DNA of 64,000 bases from Schmidtea nova (Eukaryota). Shown in pieces: positions 1 to 11,197 of the stretch. Each line of letters begins with the position of its first letter. Position 1 is the first letter of the stretch. The stretch lies in the NCBI GenBank assembly GCA_044892505.1, contig CM097884.1, positions 133,796,001 through 133,860,000 of the forward strand, read 5' to 3'. Under the pieces are notes generated by a model. It did not search any database. It was not told where the DNA came from and worked only from the letters and a program-made list of their open reading frames with translations. A program made the translations under genes and the position numbers.

Positions 1-2602
1 AAGTTACTGTACATCCACTAGAGACTAGACTTATTTATTTCAAAATATCTTGTATTTAATGGTTAAAGTAATATATTTTTAATGATAGAGTAAATTAAAT
101 GTATTTTTAGAAATAATATTTTTAGTTACAAAATGTCATCATCAAGCGAGGAAGAATGTACACCAAAAAAGCAAAAAATGCAATGCAGAAGGCAAAAATA
201 TAGAAAAGAATGGAGTAACATTTCACCATTTAAACTTTGGGTTTCAGAAGTACACGGAAATGAATTTCAAGCCAGATGTAAATGCTGCAACAAAATATTA
301 AAGGCTGGAAAAAGCGAATTACAGAAGCATGACTCAACTGAAAGTCATAGAAAAGTTATGAGATCTTTAACTTTCTCTAGCAATTTAAATAATTTTGTGC
401 ATGCAAAATTTGATAAGAATGAAGTTGAAGCTGAAATCCGGATAAGTTTACTTGCTGCGGAGCATAATTTAAGTTTCAATGCTTTACAAGGAGTTGTACA
501 AACATTTAAATCTGTATTTAAAGACAGCAGGTTGTCTAATAAGATAAAGCTTGGAAGAACAAAGTGTACCAATATTATAAACAATGTTATTGTTCCTGCT
601 TTGAGCCAAGAACTTGTTTTAGCAACAAAAGATAATTGCTTTTCGGTTTTAGTAGATGAAAGCACCGATCTTGCCAACAACAAAAACTTGTGTATCCTTA
701 TAAAATTTTAAAAAAAAATTCAAAAGTCGAAACACAACTGTTTGATATAATTCAACTGCAAGATAGCTGTAGTGCTGTCACACTTTACATGGAATTTTCT
801 AAATGTTTAGAGAAATTTAACCTTAATGTTTCAAATATTGTTGGTTATTGCAGTGATAATGCAAATGTAATGATGGGAAAAAATGAATCTTTTTTAAGCT
901 ATCTATTAAAAGATAATCCAAATGTATTTGTACTCGGATGTATTTGTCATTCAACACATTTGATAGCTAGTAGTGCTTCAAATGAATTGCCTAAAAATAT
1001 AGAACAACTTTTACACGCGGTTTATTCATATCATTCTCGAAGTCCTAAGCGGCAAGCCTTATTAGAAAAATTTCAGGAAAATATGAATAAAGAAAAACAT
1101 AAAATGATAAATCCTAGTCGCACAAGGGGGCTTGCTTTATTAAATTGTGTAAATAGAATATTGGAACAATGGGAAATTTTACAACAAGAATTCCTTTTGG
1201 CAATTATTGAAGATAATAATTCACAAGCAAAATTAATCTTGGACGAATTAAATAATCCATATACGAAAGCGTATCTTGAATTTATGCAGTTTATATTGCC
1301 ACAATTTAACACCTTCAATATATTATTCCAATCAGATAAAAATTTAATTGGTTCTTTGTATGACGAAAGTATGCGATTTTTTAGATTGCTTGGTTCTAAT
1401 TTTATTAAAGCACCATATATTCAAAATATAAGTACAAGTACAAATATATTTGAAGAAAATAATTTATTACCAATTGAAAATATAAATCTTGGAAGGCAAG
1501 CTGAAAATACATTAAAAAATCTGAATAATAGAGAGCATTATTTATATTTTAAAAAGAGGTGTTTAAATTTTTATCAAGTGGCTACAAATGGTTGTGTAAA
1601 AAGGTTACCGCTGTCTGATAGAATCATTTTTGAATGTCAATTTATTAATCCGAAAACAGCTTTAAAGAAAACAAATCGAATTTCAATAGATTCATTAATT
1701 ACAAAATTCAAGAATATGATTGATATAAATGCAGAAAATGTTAATGAAGAATTCGATAAACTACCATTTTACTTTTCTGACGAAGAAATCATACATTTAG
1801 AAAATTCTACAATTGAAGAATTTTGGAATAAAATAGGTGAAGTAAAAGATTTTTCAAATAAATTTATGTTTAAAAATATTACTAAATTAGCCGATGTGAT
1901 TTTAGTTCTTCCACATTCTAATGCTGTAGTAGAACGTGTGTTTTCTATGTGCACTGATATTAAAACAAAAAAACGAAATAGACTTGGTATAAAAACGCTT
2001 TCATCACTACTACGGATCAAAATGAGAATGAAGGAGGATAACGTAAATTCGCATAATTTTGTAATAACTTCAGAAATGACTGAATTATATAAAACTAAAA
2101 ACAATCAACCAGTACTGTCTGCTGATCAAGAAGAAATTTTCTCTTCGGAAGAATAAATTAAACTATTTTAATATTATTTTATTTAATTTTTAAATGTTTG
2201 CTTACATATATAATATTGTTTGGAATTATTTGTTAATTTTATTTTGTTTCCGGTTTTTTCCTATAAATTGAATGGTTTTTTATTTTATAAATATAGGCTT
2301 ATATTTATACATTACTTCTGTACGTGTAAAGAAAATAAATGTTTACATACACATGTATGTATTTTGTTTCGTATAATTTTTTTAATTTGATTGTATAAAT
2401 TTATTTTTCATAATTTTTACAAATTTAAATTGCTGTTGAAACTATTTGTAAAAATTCAGGTATAGTCGTGTAGCTTTGTATATTTTTATTTTTATTTGAA
2501 TGTATATTTTAGTGTAGGGAAAAATAGCTATTGCTGTAGGGAATTTTTTTCTCTTCAGAGCTAAATGTAAGGAATTTTTCTGCCTACATTTCGGCAACAC
2601 TG
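1..2602 (+). mobile_element. hAT-superfamily DNA transposon (left end outside window)
   Basis: Contains the split hAT transposase. It ends in TTTCGGCAACACTG (2589-2602), whose reverse complement CAGTGTTGCCGAAA is a hAT-like terminus. Subterminal TGTAGGGA/TGTAAGGA motifs occur at about 2512-2573. No left TIR is seen in the window. Confidence 0.7.
133..2156 (+). pseudogene. hAT (ZBED/ZNF862-like) transposase split by a 1-bp frameshift
   Basis: ORF 133-711 has an N-terminal zinc finger (CKCC...KHDSTESH) and SVLVDESTD (first catalytic Asp). ORF 690-2156 has YCSDNANVM, CICH and the C-terminal dimerisation motif LPHSNAVVERVFS. The frames change at the T4/A9 run at 706-718. Confidence 0.85.
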
Positions 2603-2630
2603 CATAAGAGTTTATCAAAGGTGCAAAGTA

Positions 2631-3224
2631 ATGGTCCTAAAATGACAAGATAAGAAAGCAATTTGTGCACTTAGCACAGTTCACAACCCATCGTCGAGTA
2701 TTGTATAATCAAAGAAAGGTGTCGAAGTAATAAAACCACAATTGATATGTGACTACAATTATACAATGGGTGGCGTAGACAGGGCTGATCAAGAACTTTC
2801 TTATTACAAAACCAGTCGGAACCAGCAAAGGAAATATTACAAAAAAGTGTTTTGGCATCTCATCAATCAATCTATATTCAATGCATTTATTGTTTTCCAA
2901 AAGGTTACAAACAACACTAAATAACATTTTTGGAATTTAAAATGGAGATTATTGAAGAGAATTTTGAAAATGTCTACAAACCGTACCCCGACAAGTACAA
3001 GGAGAGAAAAATACAACAAGATTGATATAAAGGCACTTGATATCCCACATTCCTCCAAATCAAATAAAAAGGGAACCTCCAGAAGATTTGCCGTAGGCTG
3101 TTCCAAAAGAAGTGCAGATGGGAAGAAAATACGAAAAGAAACGAGAACCTGGTGCGAGGATTGCAATGCTGGCTTGTACATGGAACCTTGCTTCACAATA
3201 AACCATATACAGAAAAATTATTAG
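2631..3224 (+). pseudogene. Degenerate piggyBac (PGBD-like) transposase, C-terminal fragment
   Basis: In-frame read from 2631 gives K*QDKKAICALSTVH...DYNYTMGGVDRADQ, a piggyBac catalytic region with internal stops. A second frame (2952-3224) gives the Cys-rich C-terminus RKETRTWCEDCNAGLYMEPCF. Confidence 0.85.
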
Positions 3225-3408
3225 CAAGTTTTCTGTTTTCTCGATTGAACGCGATAATCACGTTTCCCGCATCACGTACGCTAAGTGTCAATCAATTTGC
3301 AAATTAACACTCAAATCTTTGTTTTCTTCTTTACATTCCAATAACATAATCCTTATAACTATTATACATAGCGAATACAAATATTTGAAACATAAAATTT
3401 AAAAAATC

Positions 3409-3428
3409 GCCTGCGGCTGGAGGGTTAC
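3409..3428 (+). repeat. Possible piggyBac right terminus (…GCTGGAGGG followed by degenerate TTAA)
   Basis: GCCTGCGGCTGGAGGG then TTAC, about 200 bp after the transposase stop. piggyBac ends are GGG|TTAA. The partner end is not in the window. Confidence 0.3.
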
Positions 3429-3623
3429 ACTTATTTTATCAAATTTTTATATTAACACCTCGCGACATGAATAAGACAATAGAAATGCATTTTCGGCATT
3501 TTTGTTTTAAGTTTTGAATTTTAGCGCCATTTTGTTTAATCAAAGTAAATTTTTAGCGCAATTTTCAAAAGTTTTAAATAATTTTTTTATTTTTATTTTT
3601 ACTATTAATATTTTATAAGTATT

Positions 3624-5026
3624 NNNNNNNNNNNNNNNNNNNNNNNNNNNNNNNNNNNNNNNNNNNNNNNNNNNNNNNNNNNNNNNNNNNNNNNNNNNNN
3701 NNNNNNNNNNNNNNNNNNNNNNNNNNNNNNNNNNNNNNNNNNNNNNNNNNNNNNNNNNNNNNNNNNNNNNNNNNNNNNNNNNNNNNNNNNNNNNNNNNNN
3801 NNNNACATCTCTTGGTTAGCGGTGTGCAAATGTAGCCATTTGGAGGAAATGTTTCGACCGCTAGGATCAGGACCCGTCCTACTAAAAATAAATATACAAT
3901 TTATGTACGGCTGAAAATTGGCTCAAACCCACAGAGAAATAAAAAGGATGTGGGTTAGAGAAGCTTAGAGAAGCTTAACAAAATTCCATTAGTGTTCTTA
4001 ATTTCACTAAATGAACTCATTCGTTCTACATTTCAGATTGGTGCTTTTAAATTGAAAAATAGTTTAAGCGCCTGTGAGCTTATAGAAATTCTCAGTGGCC
4101 GCTTCCTCAATTAACAAGACAAGGTTTGTTATTCTATCGAAAATTCATATGACGTGACATTCCGAATAATTTGACTTTACATTGTAACTTCAAATTCTTG
4201 AAATAATTAAGGAAATAAATTAAAAGTATTAGGAAATTGTTATTTTTAGTATTTATAAACAAATATAAATAAAATAAGATTCATTTCTTACATTTTTTTC
4301 TAATAAAAGATCCTTAAAAATAACCAGATAACTTCATAAATTAAGTTTATAGTTATATTACCAGGCTTGCTTTTAATTTTCTANNNNNNNNNNNNNNNNN
4401 NNNNNNNNNNNNNNNNNNNNNNNNNNNNNNNNNNNNNNNNNNNNNNNNNNNNNNNNNNNNNNNNNNNNNNNNNNNNNNNNNNNNNNNNNNNNNNNNNNNN
4501 NNNNNNNNNNNNNNNNNNNNNNNNNNNNNNNNNNNNNACCTTTGATCTTTTTTTATTATTATTATCAATAATTCTCATAATGACTATAGATCAAATTTTT
4601 TTTTTATAAACAATAACACAATATTTCGGCACAGCCTTTATCAAGTGTGTATTTCTATCGTTATATTTACTTTAGGATTAAGTAAATATAACGATAGAAA
4701 TACACACTTGATAAAGGCTGTGCCGAAATATTGTGTTATTGTTTATAAAAAAAATTTGATCTATAGTNNNNNNNNNNNNNNNNNNNNNNNNNNNNNNNNN
4801 NNNNNNNNNNNNNNNNNNNNNNNNNNNNNNNNNNNNNNNNNNNNNNNNNNNNNNNNNNNNNNNNNNNNNNNNNNNNNNNNNNNNNNNNNNNNNNNNNNNN
4901 NNNNNNNNNNNNNNNNNNNNNNNNNNNNNNNNNNNNNNNNNNNNNNNNNNNNNNNNNNNNNNNNNNNNNNNNNNNNNNNNNNNNNNNNNNNNNNNNNNNN
5001 NNNNNNNNNNNNNNNNNNNNNNNNNN
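3624..5026. other. Three N blocks (3624-3804, 4384-4537, 4768-5026): gaps or hard-masked sequence
   Basis: Runs of 181, 154 and 259 N. Confidence 0.95.
4583..4767. repeat. Near-perfect palindrome (foldback copy A)
   Basis: Arms of about 90 bp (ACTATAGATCAAA…TTTACTT / AAGTAAA…TTTGATCTATAGT) around the loop TAGGATT at 4673-4679. The right arm runs into an N block. Confidence 0.9.
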
Positions 5027-5667
5027 TATCAATAATAATTACAATTTTATTATTAAAACATTCAACTAACATTTTTGACGCATTTCTCAACCAGATTCGT
5101 AAATAAATCAAATTGTTTTTCTCCTAAATCTTGTTTTGAAAAGCAAAATGAAGAGATTTTATTTGTCTAGATAATATTTTAATAAATATAAAATGTAATT
5201 ATTAAAAATTATTAAAAAACATTTAGAATGAAATAAAATTTGTTCTTATATCAAATTAACAATTAGAAGAAAAAATTGCGATATTCTGAACATTTGGGAT
5301 TTAATTACACAAAAAGGTTAATTTTTATTTTTGTATAAATAAAGTGCATCAAACAATTTTTTTGTTTATTCGGGACTCCACAATTTATCTCATAAATACA
5401 TATAAGACTGCATGATTGCAAAAAATTTCAAGATAAGACAAAATCTGACTTCTTAATGCTGTGGAAAACTTTGCAGACACGCACGATGAGTCATGAAATT
5501 TTATTTTTTATTTTTAATGTCATTTTAAGGACAAGCAACGATCTTGACCACATAATGACCTTTACCTCGCGGTGACACTGACCTTAAGATGACCACGTTG
5601 TTAAACTTTTTTAAAAAAGCATGCAAGTCGTTGTTGTGGACGACCGTAATCCAGCATATTGGATAAA

Positions 5668-5697
5668 ATAATAATAATAATAACAATAATAATAATA
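5668..5697. repeat. (AAT)n microsatellite
   Basis: Imperfect AAT run; another at about 5986-6003. Confidence 0.8.
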
Positions 5698-5723
5698 CTT
5701 AAGTAAATAATGATAAAAAGAAA

Positions 5724-5926
5724 TATTATTATTATCAATAATTCTCATAATGACTATAGATCAAATTTTTTTTATAAACAATAACACAATATTTCGGCAC
5801 AGCCTTTATCAAGTGTGTATCTATAATAATACACACTTGATAAAGGCTGTGCCGAAATATTGTGTTATTGTTTATAAAAAAAATTTTGATCTATAGTCAT
5901 TATGAGAATTATTGATAATAATAATA
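5724..5926. repeat. Near-perfect palindrome (foldback copy B, same arm sequence, different centre)
   Basis: Arms of about 97 bp around an 8-nt loop at 5821-5828. The arm sequence is shared with copy A. Bases 5927-5942 (…AGATCAAAGGT) are the reverse complement of the start of 4538 onward. Confidence 0.9.
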
Positions 5927-6060
5927 AAAAAAGATCAAAGGTGAAAAAAGATAATTATGATAAAAAGAAATATATCAATATTAGTAATAATAATAATAAT
6001 AATATACTTAGGAAAATAATGACAATATCACTTGAAAATAATAATAATATTAATCACAAT

Positions 6061-6118
6061 AATGAAGTTGCAGTTTATGCGCAATGAAGTTGCAGTTTAT
6101 GCGCAATGAAGTTGCAGT
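6061..6118. repeat. 22-bp tandem repeat, about 2.6 copies
   Basis: AATGAAGTTGCAGTTTATGCGC starting at 6061, 6083 and 6105 (partial). Confidence 0.9.
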
Positions 6119-6548
6119 ACATGTACATAACATTAGCATACACGTATTACCAAACACACATTAAATTAAAATTGTTGTTCCGGAATTCTTACTTGCAATT
6201 CAATATATACATATATGTGTGTGTGTATAACTAGTTCGTTACTCACCGCCTTATGATGGCTAATTAAATTTTACACTATCAAAATTATTCATTTAAAGAC
6301 TCGGAGAAAATAAAAGAAACAAAACATTCTAGAACATTTTCTTAAACTTCATTGTATTCAGTAGAAACCTGGAAAAAATTTTAGTTCTTTGATTTCAGCT
6401 TGACATTTCGCCTGTAAAAATCAGGGATTGTATTTTAATTAAATTGATTAGTTTATTTCATTTTATTAATTAGTTAAAATTCTTGGTATGGGATCAGCCT
6501 ATTGATTTTAAATTATTATATTTATTGGGTTAACACAACCACCTAAAC

Positions 6549-6805
6549 CAGTGGTTCTCAAACGAGGTGCCGTGAATTATTTTTAGGGGTGCCGTAAAAA
6601 ATCACATTTTATAATTTTTTTAAGCAGAAATTTGCAGAAATTTTTAGTTGTCTCCAATTAAAATTTAGAATAATATTGGTTTGGATCGTCTTCTGTACGT
6701 TGTCATCCGTTTTATCTACATGTGATGATATATCTCTAGTATACATATTTATTAATAAATGTTGTTACGAAAATATAAAACTCGCTTGTGTATAAATGTT
6801 GTTTT
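6549..6805. mobile_element. hAT MITE, left part (interrupted by the giant LTR element)
   Basis: TIR CAGTGGTTCTCAAAC at 6549, preceded by ACCTAAAC (6541-6548). Subterminal GGTGCCGT motifs are present. Confidence 0.9.
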
Positions 6806-7154
6806 TGTTGGGCCCGCCAAATCACCTAAAACCACAATAAAACGAACAAAAGCATGAAACAATAAAGAAATAATAAAAATAAAAATAGCAAGAAAAACAA
6901 ATTAAAAATAACAATAAAACGACAAATAATAATTGATAAATTTTCAGTAAAAGGAAATTTTGAAAATAAACCGGTAAACAACCGCAAAAGGGGGCCTGAA
7001 ATAAGAAAAAATAGAATTAAATAAAATAATAGTGCAAATAATTAATTAATTATTTGAAAAATCAGGACCACCCAGCGAGAAACCGGAAAAGGAAACAAAA
7101 TAATGTTTAGATTAGAATAAAATAATAAAAAATACTTTGATGGACGGCCTGATC

Positions 7155-7192
7155 CTGATTGGTCAATCCAACCAGACGGATCAGTATAAATA
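7155..7192 (+). promoter_or_regulatory. Putative LTR Pol II promoter: reverse CCAAT box and TATA box
   Basis: CTGATTGGTC (about 7155-7164) and TATAAATA (7185-7192). Copies lie at +26723 and +53455. Position is inferred, with no transcript data. Confidence 0.55.
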
Positions 7193-8197
7193 CCGATCCA
7201 AAAATCACAACAAGAGACGTTTTACTTTTCACTTACAATCAAGACTAAACTTTGATTTAAGTAATATTTCATTTAACAAAACGAGAATTTTTTGAAAAAC
7301 AGAATTCAAGTACGGAACGTAATTTTTATTGTTATTTTTTATAATGTACCCATGATTTTTATTCAATTAAAATTTTATATGTAAACGTCATTTTATTTGT
7401 TTTTGATATTGATATTTTAATGCATATAGTTATACTTCCTATGCTGCTCACGCGGCGAGGGAGTCCGAGTCGTCGTTGTGGGGCCTCAGGGTCTCACATG
7501 GCGGTTCAACCTTTTTATTATTTAGTTTAGATGTGGAATTTTATTTAGAAAATTTGATTGAATTCTTAGTCTAGTACAGACCATTTACTAATTATTTAAG
7601 TCTGGGTTGCACAACGGACGAAGGTCGAGGGCCAAATAGGGAGATTGCGGAGGGCGGATTGATAAGGAGGGACACCCCATGGTAGGGCATGCTCATCCTT
7701 TGAATTTTTAGTCAATTGAATCGTAATGGAACCTCCCGCATGGAGAAACAGTGAGCAACAAATAAAATAAATTTGAATAATTTCGCTGAAATGAGAAAAT
7801 TCATCGTAGTCTAAAGTCCGATTTCATTCGGAATCAGCATCTCGCCTACAAAATTATAATATCGATAAATTCCGATCGCGTTGGAATGCGTCGGAAAATC
7901 CAAATTAAATTAGTTACTAAAAATAGGCCGATCGTCGTATATGGCGCGGTTTCCCAAGTTATTCTCCGATCGCTGTATACAGCGCGGAAATCTGTATTAA
8001 ATTCTATATTCCTGAATGCTGTATATAGCACAGGACTAATTATGAACTCTTTATTACGACCGTGGTAGATCACGGCGGAAAAAGATAAAATTAATCTTAT
8101 TTTAAAGTAACTTTTGTGATTATATGCGGTATAAATGAATTATCAACAAATTCCCTCCGGTAAATCACATATTTTATATTCAATAAATGTAATATAG

Positions 8198-8677
8198 ATG
8201 TCGACAGCCGAACTTAGGAATCAATTAACTCAACTACGGAATGTGGAACAAAGGAATATACAGAATGGAAAGATCTCGCAGCTCAAGGATCTACCGGCAT
8301 CGATATTGCGAACCCTCAATTGCCAGATATATAAGTGGCGACATGGGTTTGGCCGAAAATGCCCGTTCTCGATATGGACAGGAGGGAACGACCAAATACT
8401 CTATAGAGGAGGACCGAACTGGCCGATTTCCCAAAGGCCTTATTCAAACAAATTTGGCCGACTTATCGTACTAGTCAAGGACACAGATGGACGGACAAGC
8501 CGTGTAATTTATTGGGGGCATATCCCTCGTCGGGAACTATGCCAACTAGGCCTACACGAATTTCTACCACGAAAACCATTCGGCAAGGAGTGCCAGAAAG
8601 GACAACCCTCATTCTCTTGGGCTCGTCTTCGTCGGAGGCCGATTAACAGCGAATTCCATAGCTTGTTTCGGAGATAA
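8198..8677 (+). CDS. LTR-encoded hypothetical protein A (159 aa); copies at 34921-35400 and 61653-62132
   Basis: ATG-initiated ORF in a GC-richer island of the LTR, flanked by AT-rich spacers. No domain was recognised. Confidence 0.45.
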   Translation: MSTAELRNQLTQLRNVEQRNIQNGKISQLKDLPASILRTLNCQIYKWRHGFGRKCPFSIWTGGNDQILYRGGPNWPISQRPYSNKFGRLIVLVKDTDGRTSRVIYWGHIPRRELCQLGLHEFLPRKPFGKECQKGQPSFSWARLRRRPINSEFHSLFRR

Positions 8678-8864
8678 AAAACTGATTGACAAATGTGTAA
8701 ATTGTGTTCAAATATTAATGTTCAGTGGTGTTTTTATTTTGTTGTTTTGAGTTTTTGTTCAGTGTTTTTTAATAGTTCGTATTCGTAACCTAATAATCCT
8801 ATAATCAGATTTTAATTTTTCACATAATTTAATCATAAAGTAAATCTCCTAAATAAATTATAGA

Positions 8865-9458
8865 ATGACCACCGATTTGATACAGAGAGAATTGGAAAAG
8901 ATGTGGCGGATCCGGAGAGCCCAGGACAAAGAATTGGGTCTCCTCAAGGCACAATTGATCAAAGCAGAGGCACAGATCGCATACTTGCGCAAAAGCTGGT
9001 TTGCTCCGGCCCGAATGAAGGAGCAAATCAGCAAAACCGAACGCGCCCAACAGACCGCAGCCGATTATCAAATGGAATGGGAGGCTACAAAGATAGAGCT
9101 CCGAAAATGCCTCCATTCCGTAACTGCCTCATATATCGAGAAGGAACTCAGAGAGCAAATCCGTCCGGTTACGTACCAAGCTTGGACATCCGAAAAGAAG
9201 ACTGTAAATTCCATTGGCACGGATGTCGCCGATCTAATCGAAAGTCGGAATGAGCCGGTTTCAGCAGTAATTCCATCCACCTCAACGGCAAATGCGCACC
9301 AAAAACGCAAGCGCATTGGGCAGAAAAGGCGAAGACAGAGGAAATTATTCGCGCAGCGATTACAAAGTCAAGTGGATGGTCTACATCAGATGACCGAAGA
9401 GAACTTATTGAAGGAAATTTTCCCTTCAGCTGGAGTTTTTACAGAACTAATTAAATAA
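8865..9458 (+). CDS. LTR-encoded protein B (197 aa), coiled coil plus basic NLS-like patch; copies at 35588-36181 and 62320-62913
   Basis: ATG ORF with a heptad-like N-terminal half and KRKRIGQKRRRQRK. No family was recognised. Confidence 0.55.
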   Translation: MTTDLIQRELEKMWRIRRAQDKELGLLKAQLIKAEAQIAYLRKSWFAPARMKEQISKTERAQQTAADYQMEWEATKIELRKCLHSVTASYIEKELREQIRPVTYQAWTSEKKTVNSIGTDVADLIESRNEPVSAVIPSTSTANAHQKRKRIGQKRRRQRKLFAQRLQSQVDGLHQMTEENLLKEIFPSAGVFTELIK

Positions 9459-9930
9459 AATTTTGGGTTATCTTAAAAAATTTATGTTTCCTTTAAATTG
9501 ATTTGGTAAATTGACAAATAATTAGATCAATATAGTATAAAAGTATAAATTCACATCACGAATTATCTAGTAAAGGCAAATAAATTATTAAGCGAGCAGT
9601 TTGATTTAAACGCTTCCCGCAGAATACGAAATGTTGAAAATAAATTTTCTAAAAAGATTATTGCGGAATATCTAAGCAAATGATTTAAGCATAAGTCCTT
9701 CTAACGGCAGCAATGGACCCGTAAACATAAATGGGGAGTAGTACTAGCGATAGTGCTCACCTGCCCATCATTGTTTAACCACCCTGCGCATCACCAACTT
9801 GATTATATAGGGAAATAATCAAGGGCGCTTGAGTGTAAAATTGCAATTTTATGTATGATCATGGATGAGGGATCCCTAGTCATTGTTAGAACATTTTTCA
9901 TCTAACCCCTCCATGAACCCAGCATAAATT

Positions 9931-9948
9931 TGGGGGCTCAGCCGGGAT
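9931..9948 (+). promoter_or_regulatory. Primer-binding site, tRNA-Pro-like (second copy 36654-36671)
   Basis: TGGGGGCTCAGCCGGGAT lies 6 nt after the LTR end and matches the canonical tRNA-Pro PBS TGGGGGCTCGTCCGGGAT at 16/18 positions. Confidence 0.85.
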
Positions 9949-10253
9949 TAACTTCGTTTTATCGGAAAAATGTAAATGTAAAACCTGCAGAGAAGTTTAA
10001 AATGCTCGTGTCAATTAATTTAATAAAAAACAGAAAGGTTATAATTAAATTTAAATTATTGTATTAAAATAACAACATGGCAGTGAACAAAAGTGAAGTT
10101 AACAATTAAATGCATGCATAGATAATTTGTCGGGACGACAATTTTCGGAAACACGGGGAGGATTGATAAATATTAAAAGATACAAAACGAAACATATTAC
10201 TACTTTAGAAATGAGAAAAAATAACAAAGTTAAAACAATTATTTATTCAGTAA

Positions 10254-10715
10254 ATGGAGGAAAAACTGAAGGAAATCGAAGAATTTCTCAACACGGAAAG
10301 CGAAACATTAGAAACGATTGGCAAGAAAATAAACCGATTTAGAGAAATTGAATTTCAGGAACCCACAACACAGACTGAGGAAACAGAGGAATTAATAAAG
10401 ATAACAGAAAGAACAAGTAAAATCGACATAAAGACCCGCTACAAATGGTACAGAGCACGATTAGAAGATGCAGAACTAAACATTAAGTTCAGGCAAATAG
10501 GACAACAATTAACCCCAACATACAATCGATGGAGGGCGCAAGGGGTAGAAGCAGCGAAAAAATACCGACAGTGCTATATATGTGAGGATAGGGAGATACA
10601 AATTATGTTTTTACCTTGCGGACATTTTCGTTTTTGTAAAATATGTGCCAGCAAGCGCGACCTATGTCCTATGTGCAACCTGATGATAGACGATAAAATT
10701 ATTGTATATTTATAA
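10254..10715 (+). CDS. IAP/MDM2-type C-terminal RING-HC protein (153 aa), no BIR
   Basis: CYICEDREIQIMFLPCGHFRFCKICASKRDLCPMC ends the protein, followed by a short hydrophobic tail (IIVYL), as in IAP-family RINGs. Confidence 0.85.
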   Translation: MEEKLKEIEEFLNTESETLETIGKKINRFREIEFQEPTTQTEETEELIKITERTSKIDIKTRYKWYRARLEDAELNIKFRQIGQQLTPTYNRWRAQGVEAAKKYRQCYICEDREIQIMFLPCGHFRFCKICASKRDLCPMCNLMIDDKIIVYL

Positions 10716-11197
10716 TAAATAAAATTTGAATGGAATTTTATTGGTTTATTAATGATAAAATCATGGGTACAATTGTCATATATAAATAATTTTTGAGCTA
10801 CTGCAAAGTAGTCCGATAAGAATCCATTGGGAGGTACCGATTGATCAACCTAGTCAGGGTGTATAGAAAGGGGCCCATCGCAAATGTTGGAAAGTTTTTG
10901 TGATGTGATTGATCACCACATCCTGCATTAATGGACCAACGCGATCTTTTTGTATATTTTGGTTGGGGAGAGAGATAGGGAAATCGTGATGGAGTAAAGC
11001 GCGCATAGAGAAAAATAAATAAAAAGGCTAACGCAGACTGATCAGTAAATAATCACGATAGAATAGAGAGAAATGACATTTTTGAAAGAATAAAAGGTGC
11101 ATAGTCAGCTCGCATAGAAGTAGTTATAACTCAGCTGAGAAATTTTAATCGCTAGCGAAGTAGGGAATTGTGATTAACCGGTTAAGTAAAGTTATAT

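Larger units (their letters stand above)
6806..9924 (+). repeat. LTR1 (3119 bp)
   Basis: TGTTGGGCCC…GAACCCAGCA, followed by TAAATT and the PBS. Confidence 0.95.

Noticed and set aside
700-720. Programmed -1 frameshift in the hAT transposase
   Set aside because: No X XXY YYZ heptamer lies in the zero frame before the stop; a homopolymer indel is simpler.
3605-5111. ORFs spanning N blocks
   Set aside because: They are open only because N translates to X.
6229-6260. Helitron-like non-autonomous element starting at ACTAGTTCGTTACTCACC and continuing past the MITE to about 63960
   Set aside because: The resemblance is loose, and no convincing 3' hairpin plus CTAG end was found in the window.
7846-9316. 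Small overlapping or antisense LTR ORFs (7846-8073, 7886-8068, 8241-8474, 8829-9116, 8903-9253, 9068-9316)
   Set aside because: They are short, overlap better-supported ORFs and have no motifs. Identity across the three LTRs is uninformative because the LTRs are near-identical.
9931-9948. tRNA gene
   Set aside because: Only an 18-nt complement of a tRNA 3' end is present (a PBS), with no cloverleaf.
10254-10715. Full IAP with a BIR domain
   Set aside because: No BIR Cys/His motif lies upstream of the RING.
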